NCBI GenBank assembly: GCA_951406725.2
Contig: OX597836.1
Coordinates: 9,114,001-9,178,000 of the forward strand
Length of the DNA stretch: 64,000 nucleotides
Origin: Octopus vulgaris
Lineage: Eukaryota
Reading direction: 5' to 3'
The first letter of the stretch is position 1. Each line of letters opens with the position of its first letter. Under the pieces are notes generated by a model. It was not told the origin of the DNA, did not search any database, and was given only the letters and a program-made list of their open reading frames with translations. This document shows positions 1 to 12,768 of the stretch, piece after piece. The position numbers were made by a program, and so were the translations under genes.

Positions 1-250
1 CCAAGAATTCACAACGACCTCGAACCCACAAGAGTAAACAAGAGAGACAGAGACAGGTAGAAACAAGGAAAATGGCCCTTGTATTTGAACGCTATGCAAA
101 TATTCTTTTAAAAAACTTCTCAATTAATTTTTCTAACATTTAATTGTTTTCCATACTTACAATTAAAAAAGTCTCAATGACTGAAACCGGTACTGAAATG
201 TTATTTTATAAAATTATTTTAGCATTTCCTACCTTGACTGTTTTTTCCAT
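1..250 (+). mobile_element. Short PLE-pLTR-like element with degenerate HHR 3' half; inverted copy at 25386-25625
   Basis: Similar to the reverse complement of 25386-25625. Contains AGTC-tcaat-GACT-GAAA-CCGG-TA (stem II, GAAA, palindromic stem III), but the CUGANGA core is decayed. Confidence 0.55.
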
Positions 251-301
251 ATATATACCAACTCGCGTGTTCCTTTTCAACCTTCTACACACACATGTAC
301 A

Positions 302-369
<68 letters not shown>

Positions 370-475
370 AAGTTAATCCAAACAAGAAAACAAAAACAAA
401 AAAACAACAACAACGCAAGGACGTGGAACAAATAAAGTATTATTGGACGCTCAGGAAAGAAGGGAAGAAGGAGGA

Positions 476-508
476 TTTGACGTTTCGAGCGGAGCTCTTC
501 GTCGGAAA
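476..508 (-). ncRNA. Minimal type I hammerhead-like motif (U4C variant) in a short element at ~371-575
   Basis: Minus strand reads TTT-CCGACGA-A-GAGC-tcc-GCTC-GAAA-CG-TC-AAA. A related copy at 63489-63521 has CTGACGA. Confidence 0.6.
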
Positions 509-589
509 CATAGGAGAAGGAAAGATCCAGAGAAGGGAAGACAGGGGAAAAAAATCGCTAGAGGTACAGACGAGGTCACATACTAAAAG

Positions 590-840
590 ACAATCGTGAG
601 CGTATACCATACCACTAAGCACGCGCGCCTTCACCTATATATAATTTTATAAAATTATATATAGGTGAAGGCGCGTGGCTTAGTGGTTTGGTATACGGCT
701 CACGATTGTAAGGTCATGAGTTCAATTCCTGGTGACGACGCGTTGTGTCCTTGACCAAGAAGCGGAGCGGATTTCCCGCTGCTTCAATCCACTCAGCTGG
801 CAAAAATGTTTTGTACCTGTATTTCAAAGGGGCCAGCCTT
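590..840 (+). mobile_element. tRNA/CORE-type SINE (665-840) with a fold-back inverted copy of its head (590-635)
   Basis: A box TGGCTTAGTGG, B box GAGTTCAATTCC. Palindrome centred at 649/650. Confidence 0.75.
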
Positions 841-1627
841 GTGTATGTGTGTGTGTGCATGTCTGAGTGAGTGAGTGAGTGAGTGAGTGTATGTGTGTGC
901 GTGTGTGTGTGTGTGTGTGTATGTGTGTGTGTGCGTGTGTGTATGTGTGTGTGTATGTGTGTGTGTGCATGTCTAAGTGAGTGTGTGTGCGTGTGTGTGT
1001 GTATGTGTGTGTGTGTGTGTGCGTGTGTGTGTGTGTGCGTGCTTTCTCCGTGTTTCAGTTTATCTCTCACAGTTTTAGGAACGATATCGGTGTGTTAACA
1101 CCCCTGTAACCTAGCGCTTCTTCAAAAAAACAAGTCCATAAGGTAAGTATCAGAACTAAAAGAAGTTTTAAGGTCGATCTAAGCGGCAAATCCCCTCATA
1201 GTGGTGCCCCAGCATGGACGCTATCAAATGGCTGCGACAAGTGAAAGAGTGAAGGAAGTATCCATCCAGTAAATGCTATAACTGTCAGGATTCGAACTTG
1301 AAGATGCTAGGATTGCACACAGACACACACAACATGCACACACACACTCACACACACATATTTTTACATATATACGTATATATACACATACAACATGCGC
1401 ATACACAAGCACAAAGAGACATACAAGCTCATGCATACACATATATATATATTCGCATATTTACAAACACAAAGGTACATCTATACTCAGACACACACAC
1501 ACACACAAACACACGACTAACAGACAGATTGTGATAGAGTAGAATTCATTAAAATATCATGAATGAACACAAAAGACGAAATATTACAAATATTGGATAA
1601 ATAAGAAAAGCAGAGTCAGCAACATTA

Positions 1628-1662
<35 letters not shown>

Positions 1663-1678
1663 GCATATATATAAATAC

Positions 1679-1728
<50 letters not shown>

Positions 1729-1838
1729 CTGTATGTATGTATGCATGTATGCATCAATATACGGCTAAAGGTATGTATATATGCATTCTGGTCACTACTA
1801 CTTAAGTAAGAACAAAAGAGAACAAAGTCATGGAAAAT

Positions 1839-1898
<60 letters not shown>

Positions 1899-1973
1899 AA
1901 AAAACAACAGCAGGAACAACAGCATTCGCAACGACGGTAGTAATAATAATAATAATGATAATAAGAAGAATAA

Positions 1974-2053
<80 letters not shown>

Positions 2054-2322
2054 GAGGGGGAGTAGTGATTTTGCGACTTAAATTTAGATGAATGAAGACT
2101 TTTTTTTTTTAATTATGAAATAAATTGTCCAATTTAAAGACGGCAACAAAAGCAGTTTAATCTAGTTCATTAACAGAAATATTTCCGCTTTGCATTTTCC
2201 AGCAAATGTATGTTAAACTATATCATATATGCATACATGAATACACACATATATATACATACATGCATACATACATACATACATACATACATACATACTT
2301 ACATACATACATACATACATAC

Positions 2323-2353
<31 letters not shown>

Positions 2354-2442
2354 CATACATACATACATACATACACATATATATATATACATATATATAT
2401 ACACATACACACATGCATATATATTCGCGTATATATATATAA

Positions 2443-2673
2443 GGCGGCGAGCTGGCAGACACGTTAGCACACCGGGCGAAATACGTAGCCGTATTTCGTC
2501 TGCCGTTACGTTCTGAGTTCAAATTCCGCCGAGGTCGAATTTGCCTTTCATCCTTTCGGGGTCGATAAATTAAGTACCAGTTTCGCACTGGGGTCGATGT
2601 AATCGACTTAATCCCTTTGTCTGTCCTTGTTTGTCCCCTCTATGTTTAGCCCCTTGTGGGTAGTAAAGAAATA
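2443..2673 (+). mobile_element. SINE family A (GGCGGCGAGCTGGCAGA head), monomer
   Basis: B box GAGTTCAAATTCC. Many similar copies in the window. Confidence 0.9.
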
Positions 2674-3168
2674 TATATATATATTTACATACATATACGT
2701 ATATGTAGATATATATATGTATAAGTGTATATAGAGAATGCACACTCACACACAAGCGCACACACGTACACACATACAGAATTTTGAAAAGAGTTACCAG
2801 TAGTTTCATGTCGTGGAGATACGCCAATTTTGCAGATTTGTATGACATGCCATGTGTCTCCACATGGAATTTACATAACATGTGTTTCGAAGGAATCCTT
2901 CAGGCTCAGGGCATACTTTTGGTCTTATTTGAAAAGACGCTGGTCCATGAAAAACATGAAAAGAAATGAGAAGAAAAAGAAGGAAGTTGATATTAAAAAA
3001 AAATGAAGCGAGAAGAAAGAAAATAAAATTTCAAAAATCAAATAAACTTAGATTTGTGTCCCATTTGACTGTAGAAACCATAACTAATATATCTGGTGTA
3101 GAATAGTATAACAGAGATGAGGCCAATGTCTGTGAGATAGTTACTCAATCTGAAGAGGGTTTTGTCCT

Positions 3169-3610
3169 CTAGTTCGAAAACAGAAATTTGTCCATGTGCT
3201 TGCAGTTGCTAAAAATTTCGGAGCTGAAATTAAGTGGTGTGGTAGAACTCTTGGCTCTAAAAAAAAGTGCGATATTTCAGCAACACATAACTTTCATCTC
3301 TTTTATCCGTTTATATATGGCGTAGATTTCTCCATGACTCTCCATTTGATTGTATCTGATGCGCTGTTGGTCTTCTGATTCAATATATGATTAGCCAACT
3401 GAGTGGCTTTATTTTTATCGATGTGTCAGAAAAAAAGCTGGAGGTTTACATAACGGTTTTTAAAATTGGCTTTGCATAAACCGGCGTAATTTTTCTCTTC
3501 AATTGCGTTATCTTGGAATACTGTTGTGACTTTGGCTTCATAAACAACTGAGATTATCAAACACGCCTGATCGAGTGGGCAAGCTTCAGTTTCTCGACAG
3601 TTACAAATGG
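3169..3610 (-). pseudogene. Decayed GIY-YIG endonuclease C-terminus of a Penelope-like retroelement
   Basis: Manual translation: CNCRETEACPLDQACLIISVVYEAKV..NYAGLCKANFKNRY..TQLANHI..IKWRVMEKSTPY..KLCVAE..(frameshift)LNFSSEIFSNCKH. Contains stops. Confidence 0.8.
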
Positions 3611-3729
3611 GAACGGGCTCTTGATGTGACTTGAGAGTGGTAATTGTCTTCTACTGTAATCCTGGATCGATCAATACTTTGGAACACCGTGGAGCCTCAC
3701 GTGATGTGTATGTGTGTGCATGTGTGTGT

Positions 3730-3782
<53 letters not shown>

Positions 3783-3949
3783 CGTTTATTCATCGCACAG
3801 CAACTAGGATGAGGCAACATGTTGAAGGTTTTAGTCGTGCAAATTGCTACCAGCTATGAACTCCTTCTGTCGGTCTTTTTTGTGCCAAACCGCTAAGTTA
3901 TGAAGCGTAAAAAAAACCGTGTGTGTATGTATTAAAGTTATATACAATA

Positions 3950-4093
3950 TGTGGCTGTGAGGTTTCCAACTACATGGTTCTGGGTTCAGTCCCACTGCGT
4001 GGCACCTTGGGCAAGTGTCTTCTACTATAGCCACGAGCCGACGAAAGCCTTGTGAGTGGGTTTGGCAGAAGGAAACTGAAAGAAGCCCGTCGT
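3950..4093 (+). mobile_element. SINE family D head (CORE-like)
   Basis: GGTTCAGTCCCACTGCGTGGCACCTTGGGCAAGTGTCTTCT...GAAGCCCGTCG, shared with many copies. Confidence 0.85.
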
Positions 4094-4400
4094 ATATATA
4101 TATATATATGTATTCTTCGTTCTCCCTACAGTCCAAACTTTGCTCCCTGTGACTTTTGGTTGCCCCACCCAACCCCCATCCCCAACAAGCTGAAAGAGAA
4201 GATGAAGACGGCTGTGACATGAGCCCTGGACACCTTCTCTTTCGAGGACTTCCATTGGGCCGTCACGAAGTGGCTGGATCGCTGCAACGTATGCAGAGGA
4301 TCCTGCTTTGAAGGAAATTAGTTTTGTTGTTCATTAAAAAAAAAAATTAATAAATATCTTTCCCGAACAAGTCTCAAAACTTCTGGAATGCTCCATGAAA

Positions 4401-4462
<62 letters not shown>

Positions 4463-4489
4463 GTGCGTGCGTGTGTGTGTATACATATA

Positions 4490-4799
4490 TATGCGCCCTT
4501 TTCAAGCCTAGCCAGGCTCATGGGCCCGGTTTCCCGGTTTCTGTGGCGTATGTGCCCCTCCTCCCCAGCTGGACGGGACGCCAGTCCATCGCAGCATTAC
4601 CCAAGAAACAGGAAGAAAGAGTGAGAGAAACTTGGGGCGAAAGAGTACAACAGGGGTCGCCACTACCCCCTGCTGGAGCCTCGTGGAGCTTTTAGATGTT
4701 TTCGCTCAATAAACACGCACAACGCCCGGTCTGGGAATCGAAACCGCGATCCTCCGTCCGCGAGTCCGCTGCCCTAACCGCTGGGCCATTGCACCTCCA
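4490..4799 (-). mobile_element. SINE family B head with an alternative tail
   Basis: Head matches 19091. Tail matches the reverse complement of ~44130-44228. Confidence 0.85.
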
Positions 4800-5005
4800 T
4801 ATACATATATGTGTGTGTGTGTGTATGCATGCATGCATGCATGTATGTATGTATGTATGTATGTAAGTATGTATGTATGTATGTATGTATGTATGCATGT
4901 ATGTATGTATGTATGCATGTATGTATGTATGTATGTATGTAAGTATGTATGTATGTATGTATGTATGAATGAATATATATGTAAGTATGTATGTATGTAA
5001 GTATG

Positions 5006-5039
<34 letters not shown>

Positions 5040-5189
5040 CGCATGTAGGCGCGCGCGTGCAACGAGGTAGGGTGAGAGAATATAAGAGAGATTCTTTCTT
5101 GTTCTCCACGAACCACGACTCTGCAGTCCAAGACCGACGCTCGGTGCCTGGCCCTGGCACCTTATCGTCTGCTTTATCCAGTCTGCTGC

Positions 5190-5203
5190 GTTGTCATAGC
5201 AAC
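5190..5203. promoter_or_regulatory. Candidate RFX X-box
   Basis: GTTGTC-AT-AGCAAC, a near-palindrome in non-repetitive sequence. Motif match only. Confidence 0.3.
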
Positions 5204-5692
5204 ACGATTTTCACGTAGGGACACGAACAGACATAAATATCGGAGACGTAAATAACGCGCGTTTAGAGGCCGAAACATGTCGTGTATATTATAAACATAT
5301 CTAAATAGACATATATACAGGAATACACGCATAACCGCAACATATGCGGACATATTGCCCAGACATATTACATGGTCGTCTGTTCAAACACGCATGCGCA
5401 TTAGATAGAACATGGTGGGGTTATGACTAGCTGTTCAGAGACGTTCTTGTGTGAATCACATACACAGAGTTAGGCGTAAATGCTTACAGTTACACACTGT
5501 TACATGTATGCATATGTACACACGCACACATGTGGATGTATATGTATAGGTATATGTGCATATGTGTGTGTTTGTATGTACATGTATATATTTGCAAATG
5601 TATATTTATTCAGAGAGAAAAAGAGAGTGATGCGTATACGTGTACATATATGTATGTGAGAATATGTATGTGTATACCTATATATATATATG

Positions 5693-5746
<54 letters not shown>

Positions 5747-5834
5747 CACACACACAAACACGCACACAGAGAAAGAAAGAGCTGTATATATGTATATATA
5801 TGTATATATATGTATGCGGGTATATACATATGTG

Positions 5835-5882
<48 letters not shown>

Positions 5883-6388
5883 AATTGTTATATGTATATA
5901 TATACATATATATATATACAGATTGTTATATATATATATATATATACACACATAATACATCTATATGTATGTATATATATTTATATATATGTATATATAT
6001 ATATATACATACATACATACCTGCATACATACATGCATACATACATACATACATACATACATACATACATACATACATACATACATACATGCACGCATAC
6101 ATACATACATACATACATACATACATACATACATACATACATACATACATACATACATACATACATACATACATACATACATACATACATACATCTACTC
6201 ATGCAAGTGCGGAGTGCGTCTCGGAAAAGCAGAATATCAATATTTCGCGAAACAATAATTATTCCAAACAGCTGTAATTCTCATGCACAGCAGACTTGGC
6301 AAAGCAAAAGAGTTTCATGTCAGTCTGTGAACAAGCTTGCTAATTTCCAGAATCAGTAAACTAACGACTCTTAAGAAAACAGACAAAT

Positions 6389-6625
6389 ACGGTAACCCTT
6401 CGCCATATCGCGGTTCATATATCGCGGTTCACCTATCGCGGTTCGCATATCGCGGTTCACATATCGCGGTTTATTATTTAAGCTTACGTCGATTCCTCTG
6501 TGGTGTTGTTTCGTATTTATAATAAAATAAATGTATACAAATTATAAAAATAATTTTTAAAATATCTACAATACAGTGCTGTTTCTACTTCGCGGATTTT
6601 CACATATCGCGGGGTGTTTTGGAAT
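6389..6625 (+). mobile_element. Tigger/pogo-like MITE remnant
   Basis: Repeated ATATCGCGGTTC subterminal motifs after a TA-CGGTAA start. Right end decayed. Confidence 0.45.
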
Positions 6626-6751
6626 CGCCATTTCAAAATTACTCTAGAATATTACTACTATTTTAACCCCAGGCAAATCTTCCTCTTACTGAGATTTTAA
6701 AACTTTCTGTCACTTAATCTTACTAGTTTCAGTCATTTGACTGCGGCCATA

Positions 6752-7146
6752 TCTATATATATAAAAGTGAGGTTGTGTGGTGTCTGTCTCCTACGATTTA
6801 GATTCCTAACTACTCCCACATTTTGCGGTGCAGTGTAACCAAAACCAGGTATCTTATAGTCGTGATTCATATTGAGCCCTTCTGGGTATTAGCGCGCGTC
6901 TACGATGAGTCTACGATTTAAAAAAAATTTACCATCATTTTTACCCATTTTTAATGCATTCTTGGCATATATAAGGGAAGTAACTCTCTAAAAATGTATT
7001 ATTAAATCTCCGAACGTAAAAAGCTACAGTAACACTCCCCGTTTGTGGTTAGCCATATTGAGATGGCTATTATACTTTACATCTCTAAAAATGCTTATAT
7101 AGTTATTTCCCTTACAAACCCGAGCAACGCCGGGCGATACTGCTAG
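6752..7146 (+). mobile_element. Non-autonomous Helitron
   Basis: A|TC start, CTAG|T end, subterminal hairpin CCCGAGCAACGCCGGG. Near-identical to 10549-10947. Confidence 0.88.
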
Positions 7147-7350
7147 TTAGATATAATTTTTAATAAAGGATATGAATGTATATAAATGTATATATTTGTA
7201 TATCTGTGTGTATGTGCGCTCGCGTATATGTGTCTATTTGTGTGCTCGTGTGTGTGTGTGTGTGTGCGCGCAGGGTAAATGTGTATGTGTGTATGTGTGA
7301 GTGAGTGCGTGTGTGTGTGTGTATGTGTGTATGTGTGAGTGAGTGAGTGC

Positions 7351-7381
<31 letters not shown>

Positions 7382-7423
7382 TGTATGTGTGTGCGTGTGT
7401 GTGTGCGTGTGTGTGTATGTGTG

Positions 7424-7489
<66 letters not shown>

Positions 7490-7610
7490 CGCACGAACGC
7501 GCAAGTGTTCGATAACCGCAAATGTCCGCAATTCTCAGTCCTTTGCGCTACGTGACTTTACAGCCGAATACTATGTCGTGAGAATGGGCGTGCTGCGAGT
7601 GTGCGCATGC

Positions 7611-7646
<36 letters not shown>

Positions 7647-8213
7647 ATAAGAAGCCGCAAGCACGACAACAGCAACAACAACACCCAACAGAAGCGGTAA
7701 GAAAATATGTGTAAGATTCAAACCATTTAAAAAATGAGAAAAATCCAGTTTGCAAAGAGAAAAGAGAGTTTGATGAGAATCCGATTCGGTTGTAAATGCT
7801 GAAAATGTGTCATTCAATGCGGGATTGCTGTGATAGGCGGCCTTTGTTATGGTCTTGGGTATCGGGTATCGGCTTGCACTCGTCACACCGACTCAGTCGC
7901 TCGGAGAGGTAAGGATTACGTTTGAGTATTAGATAGTGCTTGGTTGTCATTCGATGCTTTATGGTAGACATATATGATTGCGTGTGTGTGTGTGTGTGTG
8001 TGTGTATTTGTGTGTGTGTGTATTTGTGTGTGTGTGTGTATAGGCGTGTGTGGAGAGTGAGATAGCTAGCTAGATAGATAGATAGATAGATATATAGATA
8101 GAGACATACATACATACATACATACATACATACATACATACATACATACATACATACATACATACATACATACATACATACGTAGAGAGACAGATAGATA
8201 GGTAAGCCTATTT

Positions 8214-8248
<35 letters not shown>

Positions 8249-8249
8249 T

Positions 8250-8290
<41 letters not shown>

Positions 8291-8317
8291 CAGACAGATA
8301 GATAGATAAGCCTATTT

Positions 8318-8405
<88 letters not shown>

Positions 8406-8815
8406 GTTTCTTTATTAGCTACACAGGGCCGAACACAGAGGGGACAAAATACAATGTAGAGCTTTTCTTTTCGGAAATAAGAAAAAAAAAGGAGAAAAAT
8501 AAATTTCCGATCAAAAGGGTTCGTGAAAAAAAAAAGCGATCAAGAGGGATCGTGTATCACAGAAAATATCAAAAATGTTAAAAGCAAGATTAGGTTTATC
8601 CGAGGAAAGAAAAGCCTACGGAAAAGACCACGTTAACCTCTGGCAGGGAGGGAATAAACACATTCACCCACCTTTTATTGAAACTTTCCCGAGACAAACT
8701 TGCCTCTCTATTCTCACCTTCCTTCTCAAGTGGTACTTGAAAAAGTTGATGAGTGATTGGCCAGAGAGGAAAGTGTTTGTCTCTAAACCTTTTGCTCGAA
8801 TCCACCACACACATT
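8406..8815 (-). mobile_element. L1/Tx1-like LINE 3' fragment next to (GATA)n
   Basis: Peptide ..ECVWWIRAKGLETNTFLSGQSLINFFKYHLRRKVRIERQV..FNKRWVNV, then a 3'UTR ending AATAAAGAAA. Second copy at 28843-29295. Confidence 0.65.
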
Positions 8816-8885
8816 CTTTCACCATGGCCATCAGTATGATGAACATGGCCACAATCAAATGGCTGAAACCAATAAAACAATAAAA

Positions 8886-8949
<64 letters not shown>

Positions 8950-8980
8950 ATCTATATATATATATATATATACACATATA

Positions 8981-9098
8981 TAGTTGAAATTTACAGAAAA
9001 TCAAAAGACGAAGACGTGTATAAGCAAGCAAGTGTATTAGTTGGACGCTTGGGAAGGGGAGAAAGTTTTTTAGGTTTCGAGCCTACGCTCTTCAACAG
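8981..9098 (-). mobile_element. Short HHR-bearing element (A6U family) inside an (AT)n tract
   Basis: Minus CTGTTGA-A-GAGC-gtag-GCTC-GAAA. Copies at 25182-25335 and 33781-33960. Confidence 0.65.
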
Positions 9099-9110
9099 TA
9101 TATATGTATG

Positions 9111-9146
<36 letters not shown>

Positions 9147-9422
9147 TGTATGTATGTATGTATGTATGTATGTATGTATGTATGTATGTAGGTACACACG
9201 CACACACATGTATATATACACACATATATATATATACATATACATATATATATATATACATATATATACATATATATACATATACATACATACATATTTA
9301 TATACATACATATATATATATATACATATATGCATATACACATATATACATATATATATATACATATACATATACATATATACATATACATATATATATA
9401 TACATATACATATATGTGTGTG

Positions 9423-9454
<32 letters not shown>

Positions 9455-9612
9455 CGTGACTGTGGTTAACATATTGGCTTCGCCACAACGTGACACCGGG
9501 CCCAACACTTGAGTTAACCGCCTTCTATTATTACTCCAGGTTGACCAATACACTGCGAGCATAAATTTAGTTCACGGAACTCCATCGTACGCTCGTGCGC
9601 AACACGCACACC

Positions 9613-9660
<48 letters not shown>

Positions 9661-9871
9661 GCACGCAGACATCTATGTGTGTGTGGTGATACAAACTAGA
9701 AAATAGGACTCAAAACTTGAGAGCATTTTTTGTATGTTAATCAGCAGAAGTTACAGAGTGACTCAAGGGTCGAGAGTTTAGCGCATTTAGCCCTTGGAAT
9801 CAGCTTCATATAACTGACAAGGAACTAAACTTTCTACCTACTGCCAAATAAATTTGTGTGCGTGTCTGCCC

Positions 9872-9935
<64 letters not shown>

Positions 9936-10076
9936 AGTAGGTGAATGAATTATCCTAGTATGGATAATTCGGTTAATCGATACCTGGGTAGCAAATTCAC
10001 GTCAGTAAAACACGATTGAAGCTACATGCCAAGGGCAGAACCCCGTGTTCGTGTGTGGAAATTTGTGTGTTTTTTT

Positions 10077-10310
10077 ATATGAATAAATGAAAAGAATGGC
10101 GTCGAACGAAGATTTTAACAAAATTCCTATACTTTCGACATATGTTTCGAAGACTGCATACTCTTAATTCCGAAGGAATGAAGGGTGCATTATGCCGTTT
10201 TCTCATCAGGAAAGACAAGGAACCTCTATCAGCCTCAAGACGAACAAAACATATGTCGAAAGTAAAGGAATTTTGTTAAAATCTTCGTTCGACTCCATTC
10301 TTTTCATTTA

Positions 10311-10317
<7 letters not shown>
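10077..10317. repeat. ~70-bp inverted repeat arms (10077-10147 / 10247-10317) in an element flanked by (AT)n
   Basis: Arms are reverse complements with few mismatches. Confidence 0.9.
10132..10214 (-). ncRNA. Type I hammerhead ribozyme, canonical core
   Basis: CTTTC-CTGATGA-[GAAAACGGCATA..TATGCAGTCTTC]-GAAA-CATATG-TC^GAAAG. All three stems present, GUC site. Confidence 0.85.
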
Positions 10318-10354
<37 letters not shown>

Positions 10355-10548
10355 TTCAGTAAAAATTTAGATTCTGTTGAATATGGTACTTAAGTTAAAG
10401 GCACTAGCGGTTCGGCAATACAGACCGATGTATTGCCGACCCGCTAGTTTACGGGGACGGAAAGCGAAAGAATTGTACAAAATGTATGAATGAATGTTGT
10501 TATCCGTAGATTTACTGCAGAAACTTCGTAGTGGTGGTTGGGGTAACA

Positions 10549-10947
10549 TCTTTATATATAAAAGTGAGGTTGTGTGCTGTCTGTCTCCTACGATTTAGAT
10601 TCCTAACTACTCCCACATTTTGCGGTGCAGTGTAACCAAAACCGGGTATCTTATAGTCGTGATTCATATCGAACCCTTCTGGGTATTAGCGCGCGTCTAC
10701 GATGAGTCTACGATCTAAAAAAAAAATTTACCATCATTTTTTCCCATTTTTAATGCATTTTTTTGCTATTATATAAGGGAAGTAACTCTCTAAAAATCTA
10801 TTATTAAATCTCAGAACGTAAAAAGCTACAGTAACACCCCCGTTTGTGGTTAGCCATGTTGAGATGGCTATTATACTTTACATCTCAAAAAATGCTTATA
10901 TAGTTATTTCCCTTACAAACCCGAGCAACGCCGGGCGATACTGCTAG
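10549..10947 (+). mobile_element. Non-autonomous Helitron, second copy
   Basis: A|TC...CTAG|T with the same hairpin as 6752-7146. Confidence 0.88.
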
Positions 10948-10992
10948 TTATTAATAAAATAGGAGATGGAATGTGTAATAGACTTCTACTGG

Positions 10993-11034
10993 GTACAACA
11001 CGGGTTTCGAACCGTTCTGGGTCTCTTCTGGTAC
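10993..11034 (-). ncRNA. Degenerate hammerhead motif
   Basis: GTAC-CAGAAGA-GACCcagaacGGTTC-GAAA-CCCGTG-TT-GTAC. U4 is mutated to A. Confidence 0.5.
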
Positions 11035-11325
11035 ATCAATAAAAAGTCTCGCTAGAGATTTCTTGAGTCGGCTTACGTACCGCGCTATATGTCCATCAAA
11101 TTCGAGAATGAGTAAAATTAGAGAAAAATTATTGAAACGCAAAAAAAGTTAAAGAATAAGTCCTGGGGTCGATTTGCTCGACTAAAGCTCATAAGGCGCT
11201 GCTTCAGCATGGCCGCAGTCAAATGCCTGAAACAAGTAACAAAAAAAAAATAAAAGAATGTACGTGAATATGTGTGTATATATATATGTGTAAGTACACA
11301 CGTGTGCTTGTGTCAGTGCGCGCAC

Positions 11326-11370
<45 letters not shown>

Positions 11371-11749
11371 TGCAACTGCAGGAAGGAATCGACATCCTGA
11401 GAAGTAGTTGGTTTTGTGTTTGTTGTTTGTTGTTTGGAGTGATTTTAATGAGGAATATTCGAGCAAGTTGCACTCGATGCGCAGGAAACGTTACGACTAC
11501 AAGTGACTCTGACAACAGATCTCTCTCTCTCTCTCTTTTCTATTGTATTTGTTGTTGTTGTTGTTGTTGTTGTTGTTTTTTCGCCGCCTTCTTACACTTC
11601 ACCATCACCAGCACCATCGTCATCATGGTCGTCGTCTATTAGTGAAAAGCACCAAAGCATCGTACGCCGCCATACTCCGTACGCACTGGAATCATTTCAC
11701 TGGGCAATAGAATGTCTCTGGTTACATCAGACTTCGTGAACCCGCTGCT

Positions 11750-11780
<31 letters not shown>

Positions 11781-12244
11781 AACCAGTAATAGCAAGATCA
11801 ACAACGGCAACTACAATACCGATAACAATAACCACACACACACATATATATGTACATACCCTCATACATACATGCATACATGCATACATTGTCCTGTTTT
11901 TGTTACCATTTTTGCCCCGCCACAAAAAGATCTCAAATTTTATTTTGCTTTTCGCGGGAAGGAAAGTTTCTATCGAAGATGCATATCGCCTTCACCTTCG
12001 AAACGCAGAGTAGATGAAACCATGGCGACTAAAGAAGGGGAATTTTCCTTGTGTTATTTCTCCTGTACTCTATTTTTTCGTTGTTTAAGAAAAATGTCCA
12101 GTTCCTTGGTTTTGTGTTTATGTTTTCGTTTCTCATTGTGTTCGACGGTTTTTGGTGTCCTGTACCCATATATGCATGTATATATACATGTAGAGGTAGG
12201 TACGTACATATATGTATGTATATATGCATATGTTTTATTTATTA

Positions 12245-12295
<51 letters not shown>

Positions 12296-12299
<4 letters not shown>

Positions 12300-12738
12300 G
12301 TGGTCGTATACTGTCAACTCCATGTGATAGTCCCGTAAGGGAATTACACCACCGCCATTTAGCCCTAGGAAACATCGACGTCTCCTGTCGGCTTTGACAC
12401 ATTTTCTGTGTCTTTATATTTGCAAAGGGGAGGCAATCACCCCCGCCAGCTGGGACTAAGCACCTGAAGACATATGTTTCTGAGTCTATTACTCGTCGTC
12501 AGTTCAGGGTAGCCAGTCTCTGAGATGACCGCAACCTCTTCGCAAATATATCATATTTTCAGTAAAATTTATTTACTGATCACCGAAATTAGAAATATTG
12601 AATTTCTAAATGTCTCAGAGAGACATATCGGTGGTGGGGCGATATAGTGGTCGTATACCGTCAACTCAATGTGACAGTCCCGTAAGGGAATTACACCACC
12701 GCCATTTAGCCCTAGGAAACATCGACGTCTCCTGTCGG
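12296..12738 (-). mobile_element. Retrozyme-like element: ~95-bp direct repeats spaced ~347 bp with an internal HHR
   Basis: 12296-12390 matches 12643-12738. Follows an (AT)n tract. Confidence 0.7.
12463..12508 (-). ncRNA. Type I hammerhead ribozyme
   Basis: CCTGAA-CTGACGA-c-GAGT-aatag-ACTC-a-GAAA-CATATG-TC^TTCAGG. 6-bp stem I, GUC site. Confidence 0.82.
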
Positions 12739-12768
12739 GTTTTATTATTAATAAAATGCAGTAATATA

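Noticed and set aside
5500-6359. YI/HT/VC-repeat ORFs here and across the window
   Set aside because: Dinucleotide and tetranucleotide microsatellites lack stop codons, so these are artefacts.
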